A stretch of DNA of 64,000 nucleotides from Pristiophorus japonicus (Eukaryota), in the NCBI RefSeq assembly GCF_044704955.1, contig NC_091980.1, positions 128,340,001 through 128,404,000 on the forward strand. Direction: 5' to 3'. The notes under the pieces are model-generated. The model had not been told where the DNA came from. It searched no databases and worked only from the letters and a program-made list of their open reading frames with translations. The position numbers and the translations under genes were made by a program. Positions 25,976 through 44,700 of the stretch are shown here, piece by piece (within the stretch, counting starts at the first letter, position 1; each line of letters opens with the position of its first letter).

Positions 25976-28058
25976 CGACAACATTTGAATCCATTCATAG
26001 ATGAGAAGGGGGACAAACAGATATCCAGTAGGATTGGAAAGGATGATTGCCATTTGGTATGAAATGCACAATGGGACAAAATACAAATGGATACATTTAT
26101 GGAGGAGCTGCTGGTATTGGGTTTATAAATTGATGGAACAGACATGGGGGAGGGGAAAACAGGAGGAAAAGTTTCAAGAGAAGTATTAATTCAGCTAATT
26201 AATTAAATAAATCTGGAATAAAAAGCTAGTGTCAGTACTGGTGATCATTAAATGGGCAGACTGTCATAAAAACCCATGTGTTTCTTAAATCTCCTTCAGG
26301 GCAAGAAACCTGCTGTGCTTACCCAGTCTGGCCTATATGTGAATCCAGGTCCACAGCAAAGTGGTTGACTATCAACTGCTCTCTGAAATGGCCCAGCAAG
26401 GCACTCAGTGCTACAAGGCTGTTCACCTTCAAGGGCAATTAGAGATGGACAATAAATGCTGGCCTTGAGCTCAGACATTACTGGTCTGTATGGCAGTTAA
26501 TTGTTTCTTTGCCCACATTGCTCAACAGGAAGTCTGTAGCAGCAGTGGTGTGTTTAGTTTACTGAGCTACCCGCAGTAATAACTCTGAATGCAAAGAGCA
26601 CAGATGTATTTAAGGGGAAGCTATATAAACACATGAGGCAGAAAGGTATAGAAGGATATGCTGATAGGTCTAGATGAAGTGGGGTGGGAGAAGGCTCACA
26701 TGGAGCATAAACCACAGCATAGCCCAGTTGGCCTGAATGGTCTTTTTCGGTGCTGTAAATTTGATATAATTAACACGGGCACCTGTGACGTTTTTCAAAT
26801 CAAGTGAGCTGAAGATTTTGTCAGGAACGGGAAGTTGTCAAATCCATCAGCTGCAAACCCAGGCCGACTCGTTGAATTGCAGCTCATCAATATATGAAAT
26901 TTTGTAATATCAATACCCGAAAAGTGCCTTTGAGAGTTGCAAAGACATTAACATGGAATGGCTGAAGATGGCAGTTTAATTGCAAACAATAGTTTTCAGC
27001 TAAATTTCTAAAACTAACTTGTAAACACTGGATTATTACAGCTGTAGCATTAACATTTGAATCCATTCATAGGGGAGAAATGCAGATCCAGTAGGATTTT
27101 GACAGGATGATTGCTATTTGATATAAAATGTAAAATGGGATTAAATACAAATGGATGCATTGGGTTTGTGAATTGAGGCACGGGGTGGGGGAAATGTTTT
27201 TCCAAAGGTCTGTGTTTAACTTCTTGGGCCTTTCGCTTTGCATCAGCAGAAAAACAAGGAACTATCTTCCTGTTATTAGTACAAGCGATATACATCTGTT
27301 TGCCTTTCCAACTGCCCATTGTGTTACTTCCCCTATCTCCATGACTCAGTCACCGGACTGGAGACTACATCTGCCTTCTGCTTAAGTATACATTTGTTAC
27401 TTGACCACTCTCACTGTCCCATAATTCATCAGAGAAAGACCGGGGAGCTGGCTACACATTATAAAAGTTACAAAAGGTTATAGGTTAAGAAATTTCTCTC
27501 CAACAACACATTTTACAGCAATTTGTATTTTGTTGCATTAAGATGTAATTTCTGTTTAAGCAGACAGAATTTTCACGAGCAGGAACAGGTATTTTTATTC
27601 CACTGTTTAGATCCCAAGTTCTAACATTCCCTCTCTAAACCTATTTAATACACTCCCTAAAACCAACCTGTGACCATGCTTTGTCTCAGTCAGTAATGGC
27701 CTGAATTTACATTTGAAAAATTTAGACCTTGCAACAGGTTTCTGAATATCCAACGCAATACATTGCTATTATACTAGAGGAAAAAACACTTTCATAGGAC
27801 TGAATTCCATAACACTATTGCCCAACGCCGTGTAATTCTTGTTTGATTTAAACTACGTTATATTCATTGAAAAATAAGCAATGACTCAACTATAGAAAGA
27901 AACAACCCCAATGTTCAACTGTTTATTTACAGATGTGACATTTTGCTTCCAGGTCTCAGCTCTTTGTACAAAGTCACAAGCCATCATTCCTTACAAGACA
28001 GGGGGCTAACTTATATAAATAAGAGTAACAAACAAAATGCTTGATCCCATCAGTCAGT

Positions 28059-30411
<2,353 letters not shown>

Positions 30412-30426
30412 CTGGATTCTTTAATA

Positions 30427-30770
30427 CAAATCAAATATTTGTTGAAACAGCAAACTGAGATTGAACCAACCTCAACTCCTGTATTTATACTGCTGGATAC
30501 TCCAGGGCGTGGCAACCTAGATAATGAGTGACGGTCCTCAATATCCAATCAGAAGTTGCAGCCTCTCAGAGCACCAATCAAGTAATGGGAGGAGGGGGAT
30601 GCACTCCCAGAGCCATTCAGATCTTTGAAGAATGAGCATCATTGGCTAACAACTCAATGAGGATCTCAATTGTCCTAACTTTCCTCAAACACAGTTCAGA
30701 TATTCAGAATCACAGGTTCAGAGTTGGATCCTCTACTCTTTCGACCAATCAATTGGGAAAAACTTAAACT
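30427..30770 (-). promoter_or_regulatory. Copy 2 promoter: TATAAA (30484-30489), CCAAT boxes, IRE relic (30427-30455)
   Basis: Homologous to the promoter block of the other copies. Confidence 0.7.
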
Positions 30771-30779
30771 ACAAGTACC

Positions 30780-31100
30780 CCCTTTATAAAGCAGAATAAG
30801 CAAGACATTTAAATGTGACAAAACTAACATAAACACTTTTCCAAATTATAATTTAGTTCCCTGTATCCACACTGCAGTCCAGTCCCTCTGGCCCACCAGT
30901 CACAGAAAGCCTCAAGCATACCAGCAGACATCGCGTGCTCCCTCTCCAGGGACACCGGGGCAGGGACATAGCCGCAGAAGAGAGGCAGGCAGATGGAGAG
31001 AACACCCCATCGACCGTGCTCTGTCTGGACCAGTTAATGGCCACCTTGAAAGGTTCATTGAATCCTCTTTTTGTTTGCGACTCAGTGTCTTTTTAATAGT
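30780..31100 (-). mobile_element. Tx1 3' remnant upstream of copy 2
   Basis: ...PEGLDCSVDTGN; paralogous to 16770-17100. Confidence 0.75.
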
Positions 31101-31191
31101 TCTGGATGGTTCAGTGTGTGTATGAGGATCACCATCGTTCCTTGGGTTGGTCATGTGCAGGCATCTGTGGGTTTGATGTAACATCTAAACA

Positions 31192-34100
31192 TAGTGGTTA
31201 TGTTATAGGACTAGTAATCCAGAGGCCTGGACTAATGATCCAGAAACATGAGTAAAAGTCCCACCATGGCAGCTGGGGAATTTAAATTCAGTTAATTAAA
31301 TAAAAATCCGTGATAAAAAGCAGTAATAAAATCCGTAATGTTGACCAGGGAGCTATCGGAATGTTGTAAAATCCCATCTGGTTCACTAATGTCCTTTAGG
31401 GAAGGAAATCTGCCGTCCTTACCTGGTCTGGCCTATATATGACTCCAAACCCACAGCAACGTGGTTGACTATTAACTGCCCTCCGAAATGGCGTAGCAAG
31501 CCACTCAGTTTTAACAAACCGCTATGAGAAACAATAATAAGAATAAAACAGGACAAGCCCCCCGGCATCCACCTCGACATACCCAGCCCAGTCGACCCTG
31601 CAAAGTCCTCTGCACGAACCTCTGGGGAATTATGCCAAAATTGGGAGATGAGCCCCACAGACTAGTCAAGCAACAACGTGACATAGTCATACTCACAGAA
31701 TCATACCTTTCACCAATGTCCCAGATTCCTCCATCACCATCCCTGGGTATGTCCTATCCTACCGGCAGGACAGACCTACCAGAGGTGGTGACACAGTGGT
31801 ATACAATCAGGAATGGGTGGCCCTGGTAGTCCTCAACATTGACTCTGGATGGCATGAAGTCTCATGTGTTCAGGTCAAGCATGGGCATAGCTGAGAGACA
31901 TAGCTCCCAGATTGGGCCTGCGACAGGTGGTGAGAGAACCAACAGAAGGGAAAAACCTATTTGACGTCGTGCTCACCAATCTACCTTTCGCAGATGCATC
32001 TGTCCATTACAGTATTGGTAACGGTCCATACAGACAGTACTTGTGGAGAAGAAGTTCCATCTTCACACTGAGGACACCCCCCCATCATTCTGTGTGGCAC
32101 TACCAACGTGCTGAATGTGATAAATTCAGAGTAGATCGAGCGGCTCAAAATCCATGAGGCAACGTGGGTCATCAGCAGCCGCAGAATTGTATTGCACCGC
32201 AATCTGTAACATAATGGCCCGGCCTGTCGTTCACTCATTACCATCAAGCCAATGGACCTAAGGTGGTTCAAGGAGGAGTGCAGAAGAGAATGCCAGGAAC
32301 AGCACAAGTTGTACCTAAATAGAGATGCCAACCTGGGGAAGCTGCAACACAGGACTGCATGCTAAACAACAGAAGCAGCATCCAATAGACAGAGCTAAGC
32401 AATCCCACAATCAACAGATCAGAGCAAAGTTCTGCAGTCCTGCCACATCCAGTCATGAATAGTGGTGGACCATTAAACAACTAACGGGCGGAGGAGGCTC
32501 CATGAATATTCCTGTCCTCAATGTCGTCAGTGCAAAAGACACAGCTGAAGTGTTTGCAGCCATCTTCAGACAGAATTGCCTCATGGATGATCCATCTCAG
32601 CCTCCTCCTACAGTCCCCAACATCACAGAAGCCAGTCTTCAGCCAATTCAATTCGCATCACATGATATCCAGAAAGGGCTGAGTGCACTGGATATAAAAA
32701 AGACTATGGACCCCGACAACATTCCGGTTGCCGTGCTGAAGACTTGTGCTCCAGAACTAACCTTGCCTCTTGTCATGCTGTTCCACTACAGCTACAACAC
32801 TGACATCCACCCGACAAAGTGGAAAACTGCCCAGGTATGTCCTGTCCACAAAAATCAGAACAAAGCAAATCTGGCCAATTACCGTCCCAATCATCAGCAA
32901 AGTGATGCAAGGTGTCATAGACTGTGCTAACAAGTGCGACTTACTCTCCAATAACCCACTCACAGATGTTCAGTTTGTGTTCGGCCAGGAATACTCATCT
33001 GCAGAACTCATTACAGCTTTGGTTCAAACATGGACAAAAGAGCAGAATTCCAGGTGAGGTGAGAGTGAATGTCCTTGACATCAAGACAGCATTTGATCAT
33101 GTTTGGCATCAAAGAGCCCTGGTAAAATTGAAGTCAATGGGAATCAGGGAGAAAACTCTCCACAGGCTGGAGTCATATCTAGCTGCACGGAAGATGGTTG
33201 TGGTTGTTGGAGGTCAATTATCTCAGCCACAACACATCGCTTCAGGTGTTCCACGGGGCAGTGTGCTAGGCCCAACCAGCTTCAACTGCTTCATTAATGA
33301 ACTTTCCTCCTTCATAAGGTCAGAAGTGGGATGTTTGCTGATGATTGCATAGTATTCAGTTCCATTCCCAACTCCTCAGAAAATGAAGCAGTCCATGGAA
33401 ATGCAGCAAGACCTGGATGACATTCAGTGTGGGGCTGATGAGTGGAAAGTATCATTTGCGTCACACAAGGTTCAGGCAATGACTATCTCCAACAAGCGAG
33501 AGTCTAACCGCCTGCCCTTAACATTGAAGAGCATTACAGTCACAGAATCGCACATCATCAACACCTGGGAGTCACCATTGTCCAGAAACTTAACTGGACC
33601 AGTCATATAAATACTGTGGTAACAAGAGCGGGTCAGAGGCTGGGAATTCTGCGGCGTGTCTCACCTTCTGACTCTCCAAAGCCTTTCCACCATCTAGAAG
33701 GCACAAGTCAAGAATGTGATGGAATACTCTCCAATTACCTGGATGAGTATAGCTCCTACAAAACTCAAAAAGCTCGACACCATCCATGACAAAGTAGCCC
33801 ACTTGACTGGTATCTCATACAACTCATTCAACATTGACTGCCTCCACCATCAGCATACCATGGCTACAGTGTGTACCATCTACAAGATGTACAGCAGCAA
33901 CTCGCCAAGGTTTCTTCAGCAGCACCTGCCAACCCATGAGTTCTACTAACTAAAAGGTCAACGGCAGCAGGCACATGGGAACACCGTGTTCCCATCCAAG
34001 TTACACACCATCCTGACTTGGAAATGTAACGCCATTCCTTCATCGTTGCTGGGACAAAATCATGGAACTCCCTCCCTAACAGCACTGTAGGAGTATCTTC

Positions 34101-34220
34101 ACCACAAGAACTGCAGCGGTTCAAGAAGGCAGCTCACCACAACCTTCTCAAGGGCAATTAGTGATGTGCAACAAATGCTGGCCTTGCCAGTGGCGCCCAC
34201 ATTCCGCAATGAATAAAAAC
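31192..34220 (+). mobile_element. Degenerate APE-RT LINE (CR1/L2-group-like) with a tRNA-SINE-like 5' head
   Basis: Head matches the SINE at 15379. Motifs LVKQQRDIVILTESYL, DPDNIP..VLKTCAPEL, LDIKTAFDHVWH, SGVPRGSVLGP; tail ATGAATAAAAA. Paralog at 61650-63525. Confidence 0.78.
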
Positions 34221-34739
34221 GACATTAACATGGAAAGACTAAAGGAGATAATTTAATTGCACCCAGTGCAGTTCTCAGAAAAGTCCTTAATTAACTTGTA
34301 AACACTGGATTATTGCAGCTCCAGCATCAACAACATTTGAATCCATTCATGGACGAGAAGGGGAAAAATGGAGATCCAGTAGGATTTGGAAAGGATGCTG
34401 GCTATTTGATGTGAAATGCACAACAGGTTGAAATATAAATGGATACATTTATGGTGGAGCTGCTGGTATTGGGTTATAAATTGATGCAACAGGCATGGGT
34501 GGGGACAACAGAGGGAAGAGTTTCAGACAAGTATCTATTTAACTTTAGTGTTTTCCTTTATGCATTCAATGCATTTAATCCTTGCCCAATTCCTTATTCA
34601 TGTGGCAGCCTAGTCAGGGATTGTTGGCAGATTAATCAACCATGAGTTGAGGTGGGTGGGGTCCCAGCCCCAAGCCCAATAGCGTACCTATGTGGGGTAA
34701 GGTAGAATAGTGGTGATGCTACTGGATAAATAGGTAGGA

Positions 34740-36410
34740 TAAATATAAAAGCGAATTATTATTTAAATGGGGAGGCATTACAAAATGCTGCGGTACAGAG
34801 GGATCTGGGGGTCCTTGTACATGAAACTCAAAAAGTTAGTATGCAGGTACAACATTTAAATAGGAAAGCAAATGAAATATTGTTCTTGATTTCAACGGGA
34901 ATGGTGTATAAAAGTAAGCAAGTCCTGGTACAACTGTACAGGACGTTGGTGAGACCACACCTGGAGTACTACATACAGCTTTGGTCGCCTTATTTAAGGA
35001 GGGATATACTTGCAATGGAGGCAGTTCAGAGAAGGTTCATGAGGTTGATTCCTGAGATGAAGATGTTGTCATATGGAGAAAGGATAAGCAGGTTGGACTC
35101 ATTGGAGTTTAAAAGATTGAAAGATGATCTTATTGAAGCGAATAAGATTCTGAGGTGTCTTGACAGGGTCGATTCAGAGAGGATATTTCCCCTCGTGGGG
35201 GAATCTCGACCTAGGGGACATTGATTCAGAATATGGGAATGCCCATTTAAAACAGAAATGAGGAAGAATTTCTTCTCTCAGAGGGTTGTGAATCTTTCGA
35301 ATTCGCTCCCCCACAGATCTGTGGAGACTGGGTCACTGAATATATGTCATCATCATCATCATAGGCAGTCCCTCGGAATCGCTTGCTTCCACTCTTATAA
35401 TGAGTTCTTAGGTGGCTGAGCAGTCCAATATGAGAGCCACAGACTCTGTCACAGGTGGGACAGATTGACATTGAGGGAAGGGGTGGGTGGGACAGGTTTG
35501 CCGCACGCACTTTCCGCTGCCAGCGCTTGATTTCTGCATGCTTTCGGCGATGAGACTCCAGGTGCTCAGCGCCCTCCCTGATGCAATTCCTCCACTTAGG
35601 GCAGTCTTCGGCCAGGGACTCCCAGGTGTCAGTGGGGATGTCGCACTTTATCAGTGAGGATTTGAGAGTGTCCTTGTAATGCTTCTGCTGCCCATCTTTG
35701 GCTCGTTTGCCGTGAAGGAGTTCCGAGTGGACCACTTGCTTTGGGAGTCTCGTGTCTGGCATGCGAACTATGTGGCCTGTTCAGCGGGGCTGATCAAGTG
35801 TGGTCAGTGCTTCAATGCTGGGGATGTTGGTCTGGTCGAGGACGCTAATGTTGGTGCATCTCTCCTCCCAGGGAATTTGTAGGATCTTGCGAAGACATCG
35901 TCGGTGGTATTTCTCCAGCGACTTGAGGGGTGTCTATTGTACATGGCCATGTCTCTGAGCCATACAGGAGGGCGGGTATTCCTACAGCTCTGTAGATTAT
36001 GAGCTTGGTGGCAGTTCTGAGGGCCTGGTCTTCAAACACTCTTTTCCTCAGGCTGCTGAAGGCTGCACTGGCACACTGGAGGCGATGTTGGATCTCGTCA
36101 TCAATGCCTGCTCTTGTTGATAGGAGGCTCTAAAGATATGCTGTCCTCGCCGCACAGCACTGCCCCCATGTCATCAACATCCACGCCGCAGCCCTGGACA
36201 ATGTGGACCACTTCCCATATTTCGGGAGCCTAAATATATGTCAGGTGGAGATCGACCAATTTCTGAACAATAAGGGAGTCAAGGATTATGAGGAGTGGGC
36301 ATGGAAGTGGAGCTGAGGCCATGATTAGATCAGCCATGATCTTATTGAAAGGCGGAGCAGACTCGCGGGGCCAAATTACAAACTCCTGCTCTTATTTCAT
36401 ATGTTCTTAT
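34740..36410 (+). mobile_element. CR1 3' fragment split by an RTE insertion
   Basis: LYRTLVRPHLEYY..WSPYLRRDI; resumes at 36231 and ends in a CR1-type tail. Confidence 0.82.
35350..36230 (-). mobile_element. RTE LINE 3' fragment with 5' inversion and 13-bp TSD
   Basis: MPDTRLPKQV...CPTCDRVCGSHIGLLSH; (TGA)n tail. TSD T(G/A)AATATATGTCA at 35337-35349 and 36231-36243. Segment ~36135-36230 is in the opposite orientation. Confidence 0.82.
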
Positions 36411-36444
36411 ATAAGTAATCCAGGGGCCTGGACTAATGATCCAG

Positions 36445-37322
36445 AGTCAAAAACGAGGATGACTTGTTTCCTCTCTAAAAGTGAGTTCCCAGGTAGCTGA
36501 AGAGACCAATGTGGGACTTACAGTCTGTGTCACAGGTAGGGCGGACAGTGGTTGAAGGAAAGCGGGGCTGGGTTGACACATGCTCCTTCTGCTGTCTGTG
36601 CTTGGTTTCTGCTTGCTCTCAATGATGAGACTTGAGGTGCTCAGCGCTCTCTTGGATGCTGTTCCTCCATTTTGGGCGGTCTTCGGCCAGGGACTCCCAG
36701 GTACCGGTGGGGATGTTGCATTTTATCAACAAGGCTTTGAGTGTGTCCTTGAAGCGTTTCCTCTGCCAACTGGAGCTTACCTGCCGTGACGAAGGCTTTG
36801 GGAGTCTCGTGTCGGGCATGCGGACGATGTGACCCGCCCAATGGAGCTGATCGAGCGTGATCAGTGCTTAGATGCGGGGCAACGTTGGCCTAAGCGAGAA
36901 CACTAACGTTGGAGCGTCTTTGCTCCAAATGGATTTGCAGGATCTTGCAGAGGCAGTGCTCGTGGTACTTCTCCAGTGTTTTGAGCTGTTGCCATTTAGG
37001 AGGGCAGTTATCACTACTGCCATGTAGATCATAATCTTGGTGCCAGTTTTGATCATTCCATTCCTCAGGCGATCGAAGGCTGCGCTGGTGCACTGGAGCC
37101 GTTGTTGGACCTCATCATTGATGTCTGCCCTTGCTGACAGTTGGCTCCTGAGATATGGAAAATGGCCCATGTTGTCCAAGGCCACGCCTTGGATTTTGAT
37201 GATCCGTGCCAGTGCTGCGTGGTGGGGTCAGGTTGGTGGAAGACCTTTGTCTTACAGATATTTAGTGTAAGGCCTATGCTTTTGTATACCTCGGAGAGTG
37301 TGTTGACGCTGGCTTGGAGTTC
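36445..37322 (-). mobile_element. RTE LINE fragment
   Basis: HFPYLRSQLS, MPDTRLPK, KRFKDTLKA motifs. Confidence 0.82.
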
Positions 37323-38185
37323 AGCATTAACATGTGAATCTATTCAAATGGGTGAAGCAAAGAAATGGAGACCCACTGGAATTTGGACAGAATGATTGAT
37401 ATTTGGTATGAAATGCACAATGGGAAGCAAATACAACTGGATACATTGGGTTGATAAATTTGGCATTGGGGCAAATGTTTTTCCAGAGCCTTGTGTTTAA
37501 AATCTTGGATCTCTTGCTTTGTGCATTTACTCCACCTTCCAGCAAGATTATAGTTTGTTGGAGTGTAGGTGCACAGGTATTCCTTCGATACCTTATTTAT
37601 GTAAGCATCGATTATATTGGCAAGTTATTCAATCGCAATGGGAGCAGGCAGAAGAGAATCTGTCCCAGAACCAGCACACTTGGGTATCCATACTAACCAA
37701 TGAAGCTGTGACAGCAAGCTGATGCCACCTGTTGCTTTCCTGCTTTACCCAATTACAGTCCCCAGGGTTCCATGCTCTCAGACATGACTGGTGTGTACAG
37801 CAGGTGTTGCTCTACCTACAAAGTTTAACAATGGCTACAGCAGTAGTGGTGAATTTAGTTACTGAACTCCCTGCAATAATAAGTCGACAAGATCTACAAC
37901 AAATACTGAATAAAAAACAGCTAGTTCCAGAGCTTTACGTAAATATACATCAGAGTCAAACCAAATCCCATAACACTGTTGCAGAGGGTAGTGTAATTCT
38001 GGTTATATTAATTGTAAGATAAAGCAACCACTCACAAGGAGACAAAACCAGTCCATTGTTGAACAGTTTATTTAGTTATGTTACATGTCACATTTTAGCT
38101 CTTTGTACAAAGCAGAAGCCATAGTTCCCTACAGGATAGGGGTCCTAATTATATAAATACAATAAGCTTGAACCTATCAGTCAGT

Positions 38186-40357
<2,172 letters not shown>

Positions 40358-40372
40358 CTAGATTCTTTTTCA

Positions 40373-40720
40373 CAAATCAAAACTTTGTGGAAGCAACAAA
40401 CTCCTGTAAAGATTCAACCAACCACATATGCCTGTATTTATACTGCTGGATAATCCAGGGTGTGGCAGTCTGCAGGATGATTGACAGTCCTCAATAACCA
40501 ATCAGAAGTTGCAGCATCTCAGAGCATCAATCAGGTAATGGGAGGAGGGGAGATGGATTCCCAGAGCCAGTCAGATCTTTGAAGAATGAGCATCATTGGC
40601 TGACAACTCAATGAGGATCTCAATTGTCCTAACTTTCCTCAAACACAGTTCAAATATCCAGAATCACAGGTTAAAATGAATCCTCTATTATTTAGGCTAA
40701 TCAATTGGGAAAAACTTAAA
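40373..40720 (-). promoter_or_regulatory. Copy 3 promoter: TATAAA (40437-40442), CCAAT boxes, IRE relic (40373-40401)
   Basis: Conserved block about 80 bp upstream of the ATG. Confidence 0.72.
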
Positions 40721-40729
40721 ATATAAGTG

Positions 40730-41030
40730 CTCCCTTCCAAACATGACAAAACTAACCTGAACACTTATCAATTTATAGTTTAGTTCCCTGTATCCACGCT
40801 GCATTCCAGTCCCTCTGGCGCCCACCGGTCATTGGAGGCCTCAAGCATACCGGCAGACACTGTGTGCTCCCTCTGCAGGGACACCCGGACACGGACATAG
40901 TTGCGGAAGAGAGGCACGCAGCCGTAGAGAAAACACCCCATCGACTGTGCCCTGCCTGGACCAGTTAATGGCCACCTTGAAAGGTTCATTAAATCCTCTG
41001 TTGTTTGCGAGTCAGTATCTTTTTAATAGT
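40730..41030 (-). mobile_element. Tx1 3' remnant upstream of copy 3
   Basis: RWAPEGLECSVDTGN. Confidence 0.78.
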
Positions 41031-41282
41031 TCTGGATTGTTCAGTGGGGTCATTTGCAGGTATCTGCGGGTTTGATGCAACATCCAAAAAGATCGGTGAG
41101 TATGCAAAGCAAACAAAAGTGGGTCAGATGAATGCAAATTGCTTGTGATCAATGTGTCAAACACAAATACTCAGATACTCCATCACTTACAAGTTTAGCT
41201 CAAATGTAGAGAGGACCATGCGATGTTCAGTTCTTGTTTTTTATCATGACATTTTGGAAACAATGAAACAGACTGCAGTCCA

Positions 41283-41720
41283 AAAAGAAAGACAAGCATT
41301 TACATAGCGCCTTTCACAACCTCAGGAAATCCCTGAGAATTTTACAGCCAATAAGGTACTTTTTAAAGTGCAGTCACTTTTGTAATGTAGGAAATGTGGC
41401 CGCCAATTTGCACATGGCAAAACTCCAGAAACAGCAAGGTGAACATGACCACATTATTTGTTTTCAGTGACATTGGTTGAGGAATAAAAATTGGCAAGAT
41501 CACAGGGGATAACTCCCCTGTTCTTCTTCAAAGTAGTGCTCTGAGATCTTTTATGTCCAACTCAGAGGGCAGTCAGCACCACGGTTGACCATCGCATCCT
41601 AAAGATGACAACTGCGACAGTGCAGCACCCCCTCATAACTGCACTGTAGTGTCAGCCGAGATTCCGTGCTCATGTCTCTGTCATGGGGACTTGAACCCAC
41701 TACCTTCTGACTGAGAGGCG
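41283..41720 (-). mobile_element. Deu-domain SINE (mirror of 16078-16520)
   Basis: Reverse-complement match including flanks. Confidence 0.78.
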
Positions 41721-44700
41721 AGAGTGCTACCCACTGAGTTCATTTGACTGCTCTCCGAAACTTAAAACTCTCAGTTACCCACAACGCCAATATCTATCTC
41801 AATCATCTGTGAAATCTCCACGTTATCAGCCTCCGGTATTCCCAGACTCAGCTCCTGTGTTAGAACACGTGTTAGAGCTGAGCGCAGAGAGAGGCTGGGA
41901 AATATAAAACAAGATTGAAACAAACAGCAGGAACTTGAGCCAAGTGCTGCACAGCAAGGGGAAGACAGGCTGAAGAGATGGAGAAAGCAGCCAGGTAACT
42001 ACAGGAGGAACTGCTGGAGATTTGGTCTCATTGCTCAGCGCTTCATCTGAGTTTGCAACATGCCCAAGTTTGGATGTCACTGGCAAGGCCGACATTTATT
42101 GCCCATCCCTAGTGGCCCTGAGAAACCACTGGTGAGACTCCTTCTTGAACCATGTTCAGGTGCTCAATGGTTGAGACGATTTGCTCGGTCAATTCAGAGG
42201 GCAGGTAAGAATCAACCACATTACTGTGCAAATAGAGTCACATTTAAGCCAGACGAGGTAAGGATGGCAGGTTTCCTTCCCTAAAAGGAAATTAGTGAGC
42301 CAATTGGATTTTTACAACAATCCTAAAAGTCCATGGTTACTGATATCAATTTGTTTTAAATTTTAAACTGAAAGCAAATGATGGTGGGATTTGAACTCAC
42401 ATTCCGTGTATTATTGGTCCAAGCCTCTGCATTACTAGTCCAGAAACATAACCACTGCACTATTGTACCCCTAGCATACAGCTTGAAAAAAGGCTGAATC
42501 TCCTTTATTCATTCTCTATGGAAATTGGCCTAGTTCACAGACGCTGGTAGTTATGTTCAGTGTATATATTAGCAGTTTACATTAAGATACCCAACTATGT
42601 TACCAATTTTTCCTTTCCACACGCAAATTTAGTAAGGCCTTATCCGATGTTCCTTGTGCTTTGGATCAATACCTGCTTCAGCGAACACTTTCCTGTGTTC
42701 CCAAAACAGAAAGACTTTCAGCAGTAATTCTTGGGGGTTGTCTATTCAGAAGGTGCAGACTCTGTAATGTAACAGCACACCCTTGGTAAAGTGGTTCAAA
42801 CATGAGGGGCGAGGTCTTACCGTGACCAGATTACACTGAAATCTCTTTCTCCAGTTCATCCAAATTGAAAACCAGTTAAAGACTAAGATTAGACTTGTAG
42901 CTATGACCATCTTAGGCTACCATTGAACCAAAGTCATTAGTCTGGAGGGGAAGAGATTAAAACAGCCACATGCCCAAGCAAATCAGGTTTGATCAAGATC
43001 ACAACCAATTTCTCAGCAGAAGTAGTTCTTGTTCAATGCAAGGTCACACGACATTGATCTGAAAATGTGCTCAGTTACTTAAAAGAAGAAAAGGAACAAA
43101 AGCAAAATACTGCGGGTGCTGGAAATCTGAAATAAAAACAGAAAATGCTGGAAATACTCAACAGGTCAGGCAGCATCAATGTAGAGAGAAACAGAGTTAA
43201 CGTTTCAGGTCAATGACCTTGTGTCAGAACGGAAAAAGTTAGTGATGTAACTGATTTTAAGCAAGTGCAGGGCACGGAATGTGTTGGGGGAGGGGAGGAA
43301 AGAGCAAAAGGGAACGATTGTTGCTATTTATGTATGTAAACCTTACCAAAATGTAAGATTTGCCATTAGAGGGCACACCTGTGGGAGACCTAAGGGTCAC
43401 CTGTGCACCCTGGCCCAAGCAGGTATAAAAAGGGATCCACCTTGCTGCATCCTCACTCAGGAGTCTGAATAAAGAGGCCAAGGTCACAACAGTTTGAGCT
43501 TGTGATATAGTCCTTTGGATTTATTCTGAACATAACAAATTAGCGACGAGTAACGGATCACGAACTTTCATGTGGTAATGGTTGCCGTTGATATTCTTGA
43601 GTGATTTGTTGAGGGTGGTGATTGGGAAGCCTTTGTTGAGGGCCTCGACCAGTACTTTGTGGCCAATGAATTGGACACGACTGAAAAGAGATCAAATGCA
43701 GGGCGATTCTCCTCACCGTATGTGGGTCATCGATATATGGCCTCCTTAAAAATTTGCTGCCACCAGTCAAACTAACGGACAAATCTTACGCAGAGCTGTG
43801 TACGCTGTCTAAGGGACACCTCAAGCGAAAGGAGAACATCCTGATGGTCAGGTACCGCTTTTAGACGCACCGTCGCTCTGAGGACCAGAACGTGGCGAGG
43901 TCTGTCACCGACCTAAGACACCTTGCGGGGCAGTGCAACTTGCAGGATCCTTGGGGGGAAATGTTGCGGGACTTTTTCGTGCTTGGAATTGGCCATGAGG
44001 TCATCCTTTGCAAACTGCTGTCTGCCGAATCCCTAGATCTGAGCACGGCCATTACGATAGCCCAAGACTTCATATCCACGAGCGATAACACGAAACAGAT
44101 ATCTTCACCGAATCGAAGCTCACCGGCAAGCACCGTGCATAAAATAATGTTTTCAGCAGGCAGAACGGCACAGGGCAGGATCCACACAATTGCAGATGCC
44201 AGACCTAGGCCTAGAGTGACTCAGAGTCCGCCGTGTGGCGTGAATGTGTATCCATTTGCACCATGTTGGCGCTGCGGGGGCAGCCATAGAGATCATCAAT
44301 GTCGATTCAAACCCTATGTGTGCAAGGGCTGTGGAACAATGGGGCACCTCCAGCGAATGTGCAAACGATCTCTGACTCACCACGTGGCAGAGTCAGGAGA
44401 GGACGATGGATCCAGCAAGGATTACGATGAACAAGCAGGAGAGGCAACCTGAGGATGAAGAGGAAGTATATGGGACACACACCTTCACCACCAAAAGCCT
44501 TCCGATAATGTTAGAAGTTCAACTTAACGGCACTCCAGTCTCAATGAAACTAGACACGGGGGCGAGTCAATCAGTTATGAGCCAGAAGGCATTCAAGAGG
44601 CTGTGGGGCGACAAAGCACAGCGACCCAAGCTGATCCCGATTCAGGCAAAGCTGCGCAACGACACCAAGGAACTGATACCAGTTATTGGTAGTGCAGACA

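Noticed and set aside
43085-43320. End of an abundant repeat (possibly Penelope-like)
   Set aside because: Too short to classify without a repeat library.
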